DNA from: Malacoraja senta
Lineage: Eukaryota
DNA: 64,000 nt
Reading direction: 5' to 3'
NCBI GenBank assembly: GCA_038087875.1
Contig: JAXLNO010000438.1
Coordinates: forward strand, 62,001 to 126,000
Shown: positions 50,453 to 64,000 of the stretch, one piece after another
How positions within the stretch are numbered: the first letter of the stretch is position 1
Layout: each line of letters opens with the position of its first letter
Made by a program: the position numbers and the translations under genes
Notes under the pieces: generated by a model
The model's input: the letters and a program-made list of their open reading frames with translations, nothing else
What the model was told of the DNA's origin: nothing
Databases searched by the model: none

Positions 50453-51327
50453 TAACTGTAGGAACTGTGCTTGGGGTATGTGTGTGTGTGTGGGGCAGGC
50501 TGGATCATGCCTGATCTGGCTCAGTGAAACAAATGGGTATCATGCTGCCACTCCAACCATTGTCCTGGACAGGCTTAGGGGGCATTTACAAATCTCTGAT
50601 TTTTCTTTAGTCAATTTAAAACAAAAATAATTAAAAGCATACTTGGTAAAAGTAAAATAAATAAAAGATGGACACAAAGTGGAGGAGTGGGTCAGATAGC
50701 ATCCCTCGAGAAGAAGGATGGGTGATGTTTTGGATAAACACCCTTCAGATATAAATTTACAGATACTAGTAAATATTTCAGATATAAATAAATAAAATGC
50801 TGTCTTCCTCCAAATCTTCAAGCCAAGAATCCACTGAGCTTTTTCCACGCGAGTCTGGCTGGCAAACGATTGCGGAGGTGGATTCCTCGGCCCGCACCTC
50901 TTGGCTTCACCATTAGAATCTGGATCAAGTGCAAGATGTGTTTATTATGGGGTGAAAGCTGGTGGTCTCCCTTTATGTCTGCTGTCCCTTGTATATAACT
51001 TGATCTGAAGAATGCATCACTGGTGGTTTCTAGGATACCTTATGGCCAATAATTCACAGCTAAAACACTTGGATTGTACAAATGGGTAGGGAATTAACAG
51101 TTTATTCCTGGCTGTTTCTTTGACTAATAGTAATTATATTTTGCCATGAAGAATATCATGCTTGGCTTTACGGAGCCATTTACCACAAATAGTTTGCATT
51201 GAATAATTGCTTTTATATCAGAAGCTGACTTTACAGTATTGTCTACTGGAAATTATAGCTGCTTTGGAAACATTGCAATGTTTTTATGAATCCTGGAGCA
51301 TTTTATTTATTTCAATGTCTTTCTCAG

Positions 51328-51452
51328 TTGTTGGATTAGACATTCAAGATGAAATGGGAAGACATGAAGTTGGCCATATTGAAAACTCCATGAAATCACC
51401 TCTAAATAATGGCCAGGGCTGCAGGTTTGAAGGAAAATTTAGCATAAATAAG
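51328..51452 (+). CDS. ERGIC1: ERGIC1 coding exon 5, 125 nt
   Basis: tctttctcag| ... (V)VGLDIQDEMGRHEVGHIENSMKSPLNNGQGCRFEGKFSINK|gtaagt. Confidence 0.97.
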
Positions 51453-52165
51453 GTAAGTTTAAAGAACCTGAGAGTACAAAATATTTTGCAAAATTCCATT
51501 CAAATCTGAAAGCTGCAACATAAATTTAGCATGCAGATAGAACAAGTAATTAGGAACATGGATAAAATGTCGACTTTTAGTACAACAGGTATGGAGTATA
51601 AAATCAGGGAAATCTGGCTATAACTGTTAATGAGACCACACCTGTTCCAGTTTTGGAAACCTTCCTTTCAGGAAAAGTACTTCCTTGGTTCATTTGGTTG
51701 ATTCCTGAGATGAAGATTTAATATTATTTTGAATGTTTGTGCAGCTTTGCTCCATTTTAGAAGAATGAAATGCAACCTTATTGAAGGATAGTATTCTTAG
51801 TGAGCTTGACAGGGTAAATGCTGAGCGATTGTTTCACCTTTTTGGGAACATCTGCAACTAGGGGACATCAGAATAAGGGATGGTCTAGTTAAAAATGGGG
51901 ATTTGGGGGAATGGGAATTATCTATCCTAGAGAGCTGTGGTGGAGGATGACTTGTTGATTATGTGCAAAGCTAGGGACAACAGATTTTTGATCCATAGGG
52001 GAATTCTCTATTAAGGAAATAGAGACAAGAAAGTAGAGCATAAGTCAGTTCAGCCATTGATCGTAAAATCACTTTTGCACCCAGATTCAAGCACAATGGG
52101 TCACTCCCACATGAAAGGTATCAGAACTTTAATCCATAAGTGATCTTTTTGTGCTGATTCAGGAT

Positions 52166-52478
52166 TTAGTTCAGTTTAGTTTAGCGATACAGCATGGAAA
52201 CAGGTCCTTCGGCCCACCGAGTCCACGCTGACCAGCTATCCGCATACAATAGCAATATCTTACACACTAGGGACAAGTAACACACTTTCCTGAAACCAAT
52301 TAACCTACATACCTGTGCGTCTTTGGAATGTTGGAGGAAACCGGAGCACCCGGGGAAAACCCACATGGTCACAGGGAGACCGTACAAACTCCTTACAGAT
52401 AGCACTTGTACTCGGGATCAAACCCGGAATTCTGGCGCTGTAAGGCGACAACTCTACCGCTGCACCACTGTGCCGCCC
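52166..52478 (-). mobile_element. tRNA-derived SINE (HE1-like), full length
   Basis: Head GGCGGCACAGTGGTGCAGCGGTAGAG...GGGTTTGATCCC (A/B boxes), conserved core, (CTAAA)n tail. Confidence 0.85.
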
Positions 52479-54242
52479 TCCTCTAGAATCTGGTTCTGCC
52501 TGCAAATGTGGCCGTGCCCTAATATCAAGTCTTTGCAGTTATGTTAGTTCAATACGTTTATATAAATCACACTCTTTGTTGGACTTATTGGCGTGTCAAA
52601 GAGTTATAGAGGGATACAGCATGGAAACAGGCCCTATGGCCAACTGCACCTTTGCCAATCATCTGGCACTCGTTTAGACTAATCGTACATTAATCCCACT
52701 TTTATATTCCACACGTTCGCATTCATTCACCAGGATTCTACATTAATTTACAGGGGCAATTTACAGTGGTCCATTAACCTATCAACCCGCATGTCTATAG
52801 GATGTAGTTTCAAAAGATTTTAAAACATTTTTAATGTAGTAAGGAGCTAACGAGTGAATCATCAGTTCTGTAATTATTACCCACATGACACACTTATTTA
52901 AAAATGTTTGTTTTCAGTAATATTAATACAAATTTCCATTTTATCACACTCTAATATCAAGGAATACGTTTTTTTGAATAAAAAACACAATTATATTTTT
53001 CATTCAAAATTGCCAAATGTTACAAAGTCATGATATTCATTGGTGTATTTTTTTGTGAGGGAGCACTTAAAATGTATTTGGAGTATCATATTCTGATCAA
53101 TCCCAAAGTCTCCCTAGCTCAAGACATGTATTCAAGAGAGAGTGAGATATAGCTCTTATTAATATTGGTATTCTTGTTCTTTATTTTTAAAATGTCTCAT
53201 TGACAAATAACATTCCAACTGGGCTAGTGCTCCACCATGTCCTTATTTTTATTCCATCACTTTGTTGTGACTTGTGTTTCAAGGGATTCAAAGGGATATG
53301 GGGAGAAAGCATGAACGGGGTACTGATTTTGGATGATCAGCCATGATCATATTGAATGGCGGTGCCGGCTTGAAGGGCTGTATGGCCAACTCCTGCACCT
53401 ATTTTATATGTTTCTCTGTTTCGTTTTGTAAAGGAAGTGGAATCACATGGCTGTGAATCGTTTCTGTTGTCTAAGTCAACACATCACGTAAAGGTCTTCA
53501 AATTTCAAACATTTGAGTAGATTCTAGAATTTCTTGGTGTTTGGGAGTGGTAACTTCTGGCCATCACTGTTTTGCAACATGGTTGAATAGACAATGTTAG
53601 CCAATAAATACAGATCTAGAATTGGATTAAAAGATGACACAGAAATACAATGCTGCGGTCAAACCATTATCAAGGCTTGACCTAAGTTGTGGGTGAACTT
53701 GACAACAAAAAGGTGCAGCTAAGTTGCGGTAAAGACAAACATAATTGCAAAAAATAAGAGTTTAAAAATAAAACTGCTGGACAAACTCAGCCAGTCAAAC
53801 TCAGCATTTGTGGAGGGAAATAAACAGATGACAATTGTAGAAAATGATATTGATATTTAATTAAATGCGATAATTTGAACATTAATAGACATTCATTTCT
53901 ATGAAGGGTAATAGTCTGATTAAACAAAAAAACATTGAACAAATTATTGAAAACATTGTATGACTTTTAATTATGATGTCAACTTGTGGTTACTGCTGAG
54001 AACCATCTGCTGTGTTTCATCAGCAATCAGCAATCAGCCATCAGTCTTCAGTGAGGTTTACAGGGTGAACAGGGGTTGATGTCATTGGGTGGGTGGAGGG
54101 TTCTGCAATGCTCCCTGATACAGAATGTAGATAGTATCTTAATCATTGTTGCATCAGACATGACTTCTGGAGAGAAACATGATTAAAATTAGAATCTGGA
54201 CTGGGTTGTAAACGTTAGCACAAATGGGTCAGTCTGATTAAT

Positions 54243-54672
54243 TCAGACGCTCTCAGTCCACCTTGGCCTAAGCGATGTCCTGGTTGCCAAACTCCCCTTC
54301 CCATTCCCACCCTGATCTTTCTGTCCTGGGCCTCCTCCACTGTCAAAGTGCATCACATGCAAATTGGAGGACCAGCACCTCTTATTTTGCTTGTGCAGCT
54401 TACGGGCCAGCGGTATGAAAGTTGATTTCTTTAATTTCAAGTAACTTCTACATTCCCTCCCGACCCACCCTAGTCGTTCCACTGTTCGCATCCTCGTATC
54501 CTTCTCGTTAGGATGCCTTCCCCAGCCAACAATGGGCCTGCAGTTTCAACCCCCCCACCCCCCCTCTATCTTTCAGTATGAAGGGTTCCGACCAGAAACG
54601 TCACCTATTTCTTTTCTCCAGAGATGATGACTGACCTGTTGAGTTATTCCAGCATTTTGTGTCTGTCTTCAG
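54243..54672 (+). mobile_element. Older Penelope-like 3' fragment
   Basis: Degenerate match to the GIY-YIG C-terminus (CTGTCCTGGGCCTCCTCCAC...AAATTGGAGGACCAGCACCTC) followed by the terminal-repeat sequence. Confidence 0.75.
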
Positions 54673-55018
54673 ATAAATGCATTGAAATAAAGAATAACAT
54701 TTAGCTGTCTGAATATGGAGGTCCTGATGTTTGAATATTTGCTCCAGTCCGGAGACTAAACACCACAGCTGCCCTGTTATGGTGTTTCAGATGCCAGATT
54801 GGAGTAAGTCATTGCACTAAAGCCCTGAAACTTTATGGTCGGTGGTCAGCTATTCCTTTGCCATGACTGTGAAGTTCGAGTTAATAACCTTATTTGTAAT
54901 TTAGTGTGGCATTGTTTCTAATGTTAAGAATTCCATATTTCTCAAAAAATATATAGCATTGTAAGTTATGTGGAGTTCTGGAAATATTTGTTTACATCGG
55001 TACAAACATTTTCACTAG

Positions 55019-55123
55019 GTACCAGGCAATTTCCACATATCTACGCACAGTGCAACTGCACAACCAGATAATCCAGATATGACTCATGTAATTAACAAAC
55101 TGACATTCGGAGAAATGATAGAG
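55019..55123 (+). CDS. ERGIC1: ERGIC1 coding exon 6, 105 nt
   Basis: ttttcactag|VPGNFHISTHSATAQPDNPDMTHVINKLTFGEMIE|gtaagt. Confidence 0.96.
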
Positions 55124-55344
55124 GTAAGTGCATATTTTATATAACATGACTGATCTTAAAATAGTGTAGTAAATTAGAGTCACACCTTCATCATATTCAT
55201 CTGTCAACTGAATATAGTAAAGCTATTTTGGTTATAGATCTGTGATTTATTTTTACTTACTGAACAGAGCAGTTTTGTACGTTTTTCTGTTCATTATTGC
55301 TTGCGGGCTATGGTTCCAGGGTTTATTGTTATGGTAAGGTTTAT

Positions 55345-55940
55345 CAAGTCAGTCAAGTCAAGTCAAGTCACATTTATTTATATAGCACATTTAAAAAACA
55401 ACTCCCGTTGGCCAAAGTGCTTCACATTTGTTATAAGAATAATATAAACAAACAGACTACATACATATATACATATAGCCCTCGCTCAGGGGACGTAAAG
55501 AAAGGCTTGGGAGTATAGATAAGTTTTTAGTCTTGACTTAAAGGAGTCGATGGAGGGGGCAGTTCTGATGGGAAGGGGGATGCTGTTCCACAGTCCAAGA
55601 GCTGCAACCGCAAAGGCGCGGTCGCCCCTGAGCTTATGCCTAGACCGTGGGATATTCAGCAACCCCAAGTCGGCCGATCTGAGGGACCTGGAGGTGGAGT
55701 GGTGGGTGAGAAGATTTTTAATGTAGGTGGGGGCAAGCCCATTGAGGGCTTTGTAGACATACAGGAGGATCTTGAAATGTATACGGAACCGCACAGGGAG
55801 CCAGTGGAGAGAGGCCAGGATCGGGGTGATGTGGTCCCTTTTTCGGGTGCCCGTCAGGAGTCTCGCTGCGGCGTTTTGGACCAGTTGCAGGCGGGACAGG
55901 GAAGATTGGCTGATGCCAGTGTAAAGGGAGTTGCAGTGAT
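55345..55940 (-). mobile_element. L2-clade LINE 3' fragment
   Basis: (CAAGT)n tail. ORF LQLVQNAAARLLTG...HITPILASLHWLPV...GDRAFAVAA..LWNSIP. Confidence 0.9.
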
Positions 55941-58900
55941 CTATGTTTAAATTCATAACAATAATCAATTTCCTTTTGCTTCTTACCAGTGAGCAGATAT
56001 GGAGTCCAATTTTGCCATAAGATTCCATGTCTTTTACTTTTTTAGTTGACCAAAATGCATGAAAGGCCTTCTCAAAGGCATAGTTGAAATCCATGTACAA
56101 TACCTGCATTATCTTCATCCTTGTTCACCGCTCAGAACATTTAAATCAAGTTAATCAGACACAATATTCCATTAACACATTTATACTGACTGCCTTTAAT
56201 TAATTGGAAGGTTTTGTTTGCTCACTCAGAATTGTTCCAGGGAAGTTGAACTAACTGGCACTTGATTTATTCTTTCCATTATGAAAACATTGATAGTCCT
56301 CCACTTCCCTGCAACATCTAGGGATGACTGCAAAACGATGATCAGACCCCTCACAATTTCCTCCTTTCCTCCTTTTCAAAGCCCTGAGAGACAGGGAGAG
56401 ATTCATTTGGTCCTGGTGATTCATCCACTTTCAAAGACTCCAACCCTATTAATACTTGCTCTCTTACATTATTGCACTTAATATTTAGCATCTTATCTAT
56501 AACATCTGTATTTCCCTTTTTAATAAAAACAGAAGAAAAATAAATTATCTTTGTCCTCAGGTTTTAGCTCCCTGTGGGAACCATCTTTTTAATTCCCAAA
56601 AAGTCCTTCTCTTCATTATCCTCTTGTTCTTTAAGCATTTGTAAAACCTCTTTAGATTTTCTTCAAATTACTTGGCAATATTTTTTCATGCCCACTCTTT
56701 TGAATTTACCTGTTAATTTCATCGATACACATCAATGACTCAGAAATCCCCCAGAGTACAAATCTCATGGTTATATCTATTTTCTAAAAGTCACTTTATT
56801 AACATTGATCATTAGAATTACTGCAAGCAAATGGAATTCCTCCTCTGATAGTAGTTGGACAATAATTTCCCCAGATTTTTTATAAAATTCAACATGTTGG
56901 CAAACAACTGAGGCAAAATTGAATTTAAAAAACAGCATGGATGAAGATTTCTGGAAATTTAATATTAAAACAAGTTTAATTTGCTGGCTGATTGCCTTAA
57001 AATTCTTTGACCCGGCACCTCTCAGAGTGACTGCTTTATACTCATTTTTAATACCCTTGGCGCAAAATATCTGGAACCAGTCGATTAAATGCATCTTACT
57101 CGCAGGTTATATGTAAAACAGGAAGATAATTTATATTCTGATTATTGCTATTTCTTAATATAAGTTTTCACTTGATGCTATTCGTGGCTGTTAAATAGAG
57201 TGGGTATAGAGTATAGCTAAAGGGGAAACAAAGCAAATTTAGGAATCGATGAAACTGCCCGGAGTATTTATTGGTCGGTAAAAGTGATGAGTGGCATTCA
57301 ATGCAGATGAGTAGAAGTTTAAATACATTGGACAGATGTGTCATCATTTATTAGTGTTGAACCAGATGAGAAGGAAATGGAGAGAACTGGTGATTGCATA
57401 AAATCATAGTCCGATTTACTGGCAACGACGCTTCAACGAGTGCTAAGTCAGCAAAATAGTAGTCTGAAGCCATTATGCTGCACTTTATGCAGACAATTCT
57501 TAAATGCGATATTTCTGGTACGAAGTCGGAAGAGACACATCAAAGCTTTTGTGATCTGCAGAAAAGTGACAAGGCAATGGGTCTCTTAGAGACCTTAGTT
57601 ATGAGGGAAGGATTACAAAAAGACTTGGACACCCGACTTGTTACAAGTGAAGGGAAGGAAAATTCTGGCGAAATCAATGGGAACAAAAAATGATAATTTG
57701 GAGCACCATTTGAAAATAAAACCGACACCTGCGTCAGAGTTACAGATAACATGGAGACCCCAGAAACTGCAGATGCTGGAATCTTGAACCAAGAAACAAG
57801 GTGCTGGAAGAACTTAGTGGGGTCAGTCTGCATCTCTGTGGGAATGGACATATGGCGTTTCAGGTTGGGATGGGGGAGGAGCCTGGTGGGCACACATTTC
57901 TTGTACCACATCTCCCTCCACCCTAGTCAACCTGCTCACTTCCCCTCCTCCGTGCGCTCATCTCCCATCCCTGTCTCACATTTCCCTTTTATCTCCTTCT
58001 TCCCTTTCACCCATATCCCTCCTTCCAGCTTTGCATTTCACTTCCCCTCTTTCCTTTTATAATAACCTTTAGTTTCCTTCTCACCTCTAGCCTTTGTCAC
58101 TTACGCCACTTTATTCCCTTCATCATCATTCTGTACACTTCGATTGTAATCATATATTGTCTATCCACTGATTGGTTAACACGCAACAAAAGGTTTTCAC
58201 TATACCTCAGTACATGTGACTGTAAGCTAAGCTAAACACAAACACAAACACTCGTCTGCTAATCACAACCCCTCTTCCCTCTTCCCTCCCCACCACCTGC
58301 ATCCATCTATCATTTACCAGTGCCAACCCTACTCTTTTAAAGTTTTCATCCTCCTCTCAATCAGTCTGAAGAAGGGTCCATCCTGAAACATCACCTATTC
58401 ATTTCCTCCACAGATGTTGCCTGACCTGAGTTCCTCGGGCACTTTGTTGTTATAGTTGATATATACACAGGAATGCGACTGGAAAGTAGTAAGTCATTCC
58501 AAAAGGGATTGATACTTGGAATAATCATTCAGCGCACATTACACAAAGAACCAGTGCCACTAAAGAGGTAATAGTATATTGTGTTGATGGGCTGATAGGT
58601 TTCTTTGGAAGGATGAGCCAAATGACCATGCTTAGTTACAATTAAATTTTGAAATTTCACAGAAATATTGTAAAGTTAAGCATTTTAACATGTTTGAATC
58701 CATGAATGGTGATCCTGAGTGTGTTCACTATTTTCTGTCTTTATTTACCACGTCGCACGTTACCTTTGTTATCAGTGAAATGTGGATGTGTTCATTATAC
58801 TTTCAAGAATCATAATGATGAGAAAAGTAATACCGGGGCTCAATTGTGGGTTGGCAGGGAACAGCAATTAATTGCTATTAGTTGCTAAATAATGATTGTG

Positions 58901-59004
58901 ATAAGATGATTAGCAACAAATCTGAAAGTAAAATTCATGAGAAATTTTCTAAATCTAATACATGCCTGTATTAAAATTGCCCTTGTTTTATTTCATTTCT
59001 TTAG

Positions 59005-59065
59005 GTTAAAAATGTTCAAGGTGCTTTCAATGCTGTAGGTGGATCAAGTAAACTTGCTTCAAACC
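59005..59065 (+). CDS. ERGIC1: ERGIC1 coding exon 7, 61 nt
   Basis: tttctttag|VKNVQGAFNAVGGSSKLASN(P)|gtaagt. Confidence 0.94.
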
Positions 59066-61404
59066 GTAAGTAGCCTGTATTAAGCCTGCTTGAGTTTTGC
59101 ATCTGCTTTAAATTGCATTTACAGCAGCAAAAAACGTGGTTAAAGGAGGTAATTGGGCTGTTATCTAGTTTCAAGATTAATTTCAATGCCTATTGTAAGG
59201 CTTTGTTAATAACTATCCAATATTTAAACAATCACAGATTAAAAAAAAAACTAGTATCAATAAAGCTAACCATGAAACAATTATGGGTTTTTTTCTTTAA
59301 AAAAAAGTCTTGTTCTCAATGGTCCTTGAGCCTCAATGAAGATTAATGTCTAAGCAATCATTAGAATACAACAGGATATTTTTTTTTCCTATCACAATTT
59401 CTTCCCTCTCTTACTCCCGGCCACAAGACCCTATGTACCCACCGCCCACTGCATGAAAGAATTGTGTATGAGCCACAGACTCCTGTTTGACCTGAACAGC
59501 AGGGGAGGCATAAGGTGACAACAGGAAGAATCAGAATACCCGATTTCTCCCTGATGTGAACTGGTTGACTTCCTGAAGGTAGCACTGTCCCATCTAAACT
59601 CTGAGTACTTTAACCCAGCAATAGGTTTGTATAAATCAGATTTTCTGATTTAATAACATTGAATCCAACAATTTAAAAGAAGCCACCGTTCCAGCTTTGT
59701 ATCTCACGTTTTCGCCGTTTTCCTCTTCCAATTTCACTTTTTTCCTTTGTCTTCACATATTTGTACTTATCATCAAGGTATCTTTTCTATCCGCTGCCTT
59801 TCCTAGCTGCCTACAGCCTGGTTCCACGCTGTCATATACCTTCCTGTCTTGTGCACTCAATTGCCCCACCACCATCCCTCTCCTCTTCAATCTAAAGCTT
59901 GCTTTATTTCTACAGGATTGCATCATTGTAAATATTCTCATTTAGAAGTTGCCTCTCACCACTGGTTGTTTCTGTTTGTATGCTGACAACAGTCACCATT
60001 TCTCACTACCAACTCCCTTAACCCCTTCCATGTTCTAAAACTGTGTTTGCATTCACATTCAATGATTAGAAATAGAATTTTAGAATTTATTTGCAACTAA
60101 ATGTTGGAAATATTGAAACTCTTGGTACTCAGCTCCTGGCTCACCAACTGTCTCCGTGGCAACGCTGAGGCTGATCTGGTGTTAACATGGAGTTGACCAC
60201 AGTTACGTTGTATTGTAAAACACCATCCCTGTCTAGCGCAGCTGCATAAAATCTTGCCCATCCTTTTGTTATTTCTGGAACTAACTCTTTGGATGCATTC
60301 TGCAATGAAACCTTCCATTTTCTATCCTCCATTAACAAGAAACCATCCAAAGCCCTGCTGCATTGTTTATGTAGTCAGAACCTGGTATAAGCATCAGTTG
60401 TGTACTCTTGTCAACTTAACTTGCTCTGTTGAACAGTGAGTAATTTTTAACATTCCCAAGCTTGTTTACAAGTTACCTCTTTTCCCCACTCCCTATTGTG
60501 TAATCACATTTAATCCCATATTGTGGTAATTATATTTTTATAATTCAGACGTCTATTATTGGTGGTCATGCCTTCATTAGCCAAGGTTCGGTGCTCTGGA
60601 ATTTTATTATCTACCTTTGAGACTGATCTCTCTTTATCCTGTGAGGCAGTCTTTCAACTATACTTCACAGTCCCAATACTATCTCATGTGGATCATTGTC
60701 ATGTTTTGTTTCATCATGCACCTGTAAATTACCTTGGAATGTTTAACTATCCAAGAAGTTGCTCTACAAACATGAATTATTCTTCCCACTGTTTGGTCGA
60801 TATGTTGCAACGAATATAGTCCATTTGCGATCAAACATCATTAATTGTGCTTGCAGTTATGCACTGTCCCAAGTCAATGCGTTACTTATGGCTTTTGAAT
60901 AGTATCGTGTTTCCTGGCTGTTGGAAGCTGGTCTAAATGTTGTTTTAATTAAATTTGCCATGCTGTTGAATTATGTCCTGATCATGTCAGTGGTGATTCT
61001 GATAACATGTTTATTACTAATATTTCTACAATTAGTAGGTGAATTATATTGTTGTTGCAGCATGACTGATTAGGATATTACTCATACATAATTTGAAATG
61101 GTGCTGCATATTTGTGTGGGGCAATTACATGGTGAAGCAGTGCGTGCAGTTATGAACTTTACCGTCTGCAATCCTTTCCATAAGTCTTTGTTTGACACCT
61201 CTGTTTGGTAATGATGGTATTGTACTTGAAGATTTCTGTTCCTTGAGTTTAGGACAATTACATTATTAAAAACTGCTAAATTTGATCTTGATAATATAGT
61301 GGTAATGCACAGGGTCCACAATTTAATCATGCCAAGAAGCAGCTGTTGAGTTAGTTGATCATTTTGCCTTCTACTAAACCTAGAGAAAATGCAGACAGGG
61401 AAGA

Positions 61405-61780
61405 GTCAAGAGTGTTTTATTGTCATATGTCCCGGATGGGACAATGAAATTCTTACTTGCTGCAGCACAACAGAATATGTGAATATGTAAACATAGTACA
61501 TACCAGTGAAAGAGGGGGGAAAAAAAGTTCAATAAATAACAAATATAGTGCAATAATAATGTAGTCTTTTGCAGTTCAGAGCTCAGAGCTTATTCGTTGT
61601 TGTGTTTAGTAGGCTGATGGCTGTAGGGAAGAAGCTGTTCCTGAACCTGGATGTTACAGTTTTCAGGCTCCTGTACCACCTTCCTGATGGCAATGGTGAG
61701 ATGAGTGTGTGGCCAGGATGATGTGGGTCCTTGATGATTTTGGCTGCCTTTTTGAGGCAGTGGCTATGATAGATACTGTA
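61405..61780 (-). mobile_element. Rex1/Babar-like LINE 3' fragment
   Basis: IIKDPHHPGHTLISPLPSGRWYRSLKTVTSRFRNSFFPTAISLLN. Confidence 0.8.
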
Positions 61781-61838
61781 ATAGTAATAGAATTCCCGTT
61801 GAAACAAATTATTCTATAATATTTCTGATCTCAAGCAG

Positions 61839-61939
61839 CTCTTGCCTCGCATGACTATGTTTTGAAGATAGTCCCCACTGTCTATGAAGATTTAAAGGAA
61901 AAGCAGCGTTATTCCTATCAGTACACAGTGGCACAAAAG
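61839..61939 (+). CDS. ERGIC1: ERGIC1 coding exon 8, 101 nt
   Basis: tctcaagcag|(P)LASHDYVLKIVPTVYEDLKEKQRYSYQYTVAQK|gtaaag. Confidence 0.96.
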
Positions 61940-62666
61940 GTAAAGTGGTGGATTTTTATTATTTGATTCAATGGCAGATTGTGCTCCCATTCAATATTAC
62001 TCAGAATGGCCTTGGTGTGGGCAAGGGGTTGAACGGCCAATTTCCGTGCTGTATCACTGTTATCTATGAAAGCAGAATAAATACTGCTTATAATAAAAGG
62101 GCAAATAATAAACTGTCTTGCTGCTAAGTTGTGTATTCCTAGTTATGTTTTATCCACATAGCTAGTAATGTATAATACAAAGGGAAATTTAATAATTTGT
62201 ATGTTGAATTGGCCTGTTTTGAGATTGGCAGGCAATTAATAAGATTTAATGTGGGCAAAATAGTGGGTTACAGTATTGTCAAATGTGACATTGTTTCGGA
62301 CATTAATTTGAGGAAATTAGAGCTTAGCTTGCAGTTTTGTGTTAATATTAAAGATTCTGCTGCAGTAGTGAATTCTTTGGACTGGCATGCCCCCTTCAGC
62401 AAAGACTACCAAACATAGAGGAACTTGCATGCTTATTGGATTTGCCTCAAAGTGGGAAACTAATTTAAAGCCTTTGAGTGTACATGAAGCAGCTTTTGAG
62501 GTCTTGGAGAGAAGTGAAAAGCAGTTGTTTGAATGCACGTTTCACCTTGTTTCTGCACAGCGGGTATTGAAATAAGTGGGAGAACAGCAAGTACTGTTGA
62601 ACTCAATTTTAATGACCTATTTTTCAAATTCAGTTACTGGTGAATGGAATATTGTTTGTATTTCAG

Positions 62667-62789
62667 GAATATGTTGCATACAGCCACACAGGGCGAATTA
62701 TCCCTGCCATCTGGTTCCGATATGACCTCAGCCCAATCACTGTAAAATATGTTGAACGGACACAACCTCTATACAGGTTTATTACAACA
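62667..62789 (+). CDS. ERGIC1: ERGIC1 coding exon 9, 123 nt
   Basis: gtatttcag|EYVAYSHTGRIIPAIWFRYDLSPITVKYVERTQPLYRFITT|gtgagt. The final exon (second TM helix, C-terminal dilysine-type motif) should lie beyond the window. Confidence 0.97.
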
Positions 62790-63714
62790 GTGAGTAAACA
62801 TTTGTTTAATCATGGTGATATGATTTTATTCTGTTGTGCTTATCCGGCACAGTTATACAATTTTCCAATAAACTTGCAATCAGGCATAATCAAATTAATT
62901 TCAAATTTCCACCTTAAAATTTTTTTTTAAAATTCCAATTGTTTTGCATAATTATAAGTTCTAAGCAGCTGTTGTATGATATAGTTATTAATAACCCTTG
63001 GTGGTTTTTGAAGACAGCGTTCAGGGACTTTGAAAACAGGGATTTCCTCTGACTCAGTGTTCATGGTCTGATCTCCTGACTGGGTTGCCTGAGAGATTCC
63101 CTCAAAAATGAAAATAGACTGAATTACAATTTTAAAAAAGCACCGTGAAACAGTGGAAACAGTTAATAATTGAGAATGGCGACTTTATTTAATGAAGTTT
63201 GAAGCCCTGGAGTAGTGGGATCTTCATCAACTTTTCACTCCTGGGCCGTGCTTTTAAATTAAAGCCAGAATGATTAGTGGAGCAAAAAAGGCCTTTATCT
63301 CGATTAAGCATGTATGATATACAATGAATTTGGAAAAGAGATGTGAACATAAAGTTGTCTCTTAGTTTTGGATGTAAATTTGGCTTAATGATTCCAGGGT
63401 ACGTGAGGTAGTAAATTAAAGGTAGTGGAACTAGTAGTGGAAAAAGGTGGAACCAAACAGTGAAAGCTTTACTTTGCGTCTAACCAAACTACAACAGATT
63501 TTGCATTAAATAATGATGTTGACAGCTACCTAAAGTGCATGTTCCATTCCATAGCATCAGCTTTTTTCACCTTGAGCATAATCACTTCCAAACCTAGGTT
63601 AGCACCAAGGATGTCGTGCAGTGATAGACTGGGAAAAGATCTGGCATCTCAACCTGCGCATCCATGAGACATTCTAGACCAGCAGCAGCAGAAAGTTACA
63701 CTTCCATTAAGTTT

Positions 63715-63990
63715 GTCGGAAGGAACTGCAGATGCTGGTTTTAAGCAAAGATAGACACAAGTTGCTGGAGTAACTCAGTGGGACAGGCAGCATCTCTGAA
63801 GAAAAGGATTGGGTGATGTTTCAGGTCGAGACCCTTCTCCAGACTGATGTCAGGGGAGAGGGAGATAGAGATAAGGTAATGGAGTGTGAAAATAGGACAA
63901 AGGGAATAGAGATCAAGGAAAATGTAGAATAGATCATTGTTAGCTGGGAGAAGTTAACAACAAAGCAAACAGATAAAATGTATGCAACAA
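63715..63990 (-). mobile_element. PLE-derived short element
   Basis: GGAAGGAACTGCAGATGCTGG...GAGTAACTCAG...GTTTCAGGTCGAGACCCTTCTCCAGACTGA. Confidence 0.8.
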
Positions 63991-64000
63991 GTTGCTAAAC

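Noticed and set aside
52400..52478. tRNA gene
   Set aside because: The A/B-box head continues into a SINE core and tail and is repeated at several places in the window; no full cloverleaf is evident.
1..64000. Prokaryotic operon, defence system or phage
   Set aside because: The window contains a spliced vertebrate gene, low coding density and vertebrate TE families; no bacterial-type genes are seen.

Overview
This is eukaryotic vertebrate DNA, most likely from a skate or ray; I infer that from HE1-like SINEs, CR1 tails and the repeat repertoire. The one host gene I can support is ERGIC1 on the + strand. Coding exons 2-9 (62, 73, 95, 125, 105, 61, 101, 123 nt) lie between 31945 and 62789 with canonical AG/GT sites and a continuous reading frame. 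Exon 1 and the last exon were not found, so the first ~32 kb is probably intron 1. The introns are dense with transposable elements: CR1, L2, L1, RTE, Rex1/Babar and Ingi/Vingi-like LINEs, tRNA-derived SINEs, Tc1, Harbinger-like and hAT-like DNA elements, and Penelope-like elements (PLEs). Four observations stand out. (1) A Tc1 transposon has its 5' interior replaced by a captured, decayed ZFP36/TTP-family CCCH zinc-finger gene fragment (Pack-TIR-like, 2795-4635). (2) About 20 PLE-derived short elements occur, and the best preserved carry a minimal hammerhead-ribozyme-like core (CUGAAGA-A-stem II-GAA-ACGU-H). (3) An almost perfect 829-bp PLE palindrome in intron 2 is bounded by a 17-bp target-site duplication (TSD) and has a ~34-nt one-sided tail, and miniature versions of the same architecture occur elsewhere. 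(4) That palindrome is nested inside a ~4.1-kb hAT-like element, which is itself inserted in a CR1 tail. Repeat boundaries and family names were read by eye and are approximate unless a TSD or terminal inverted repeat (TIR) is quoted.
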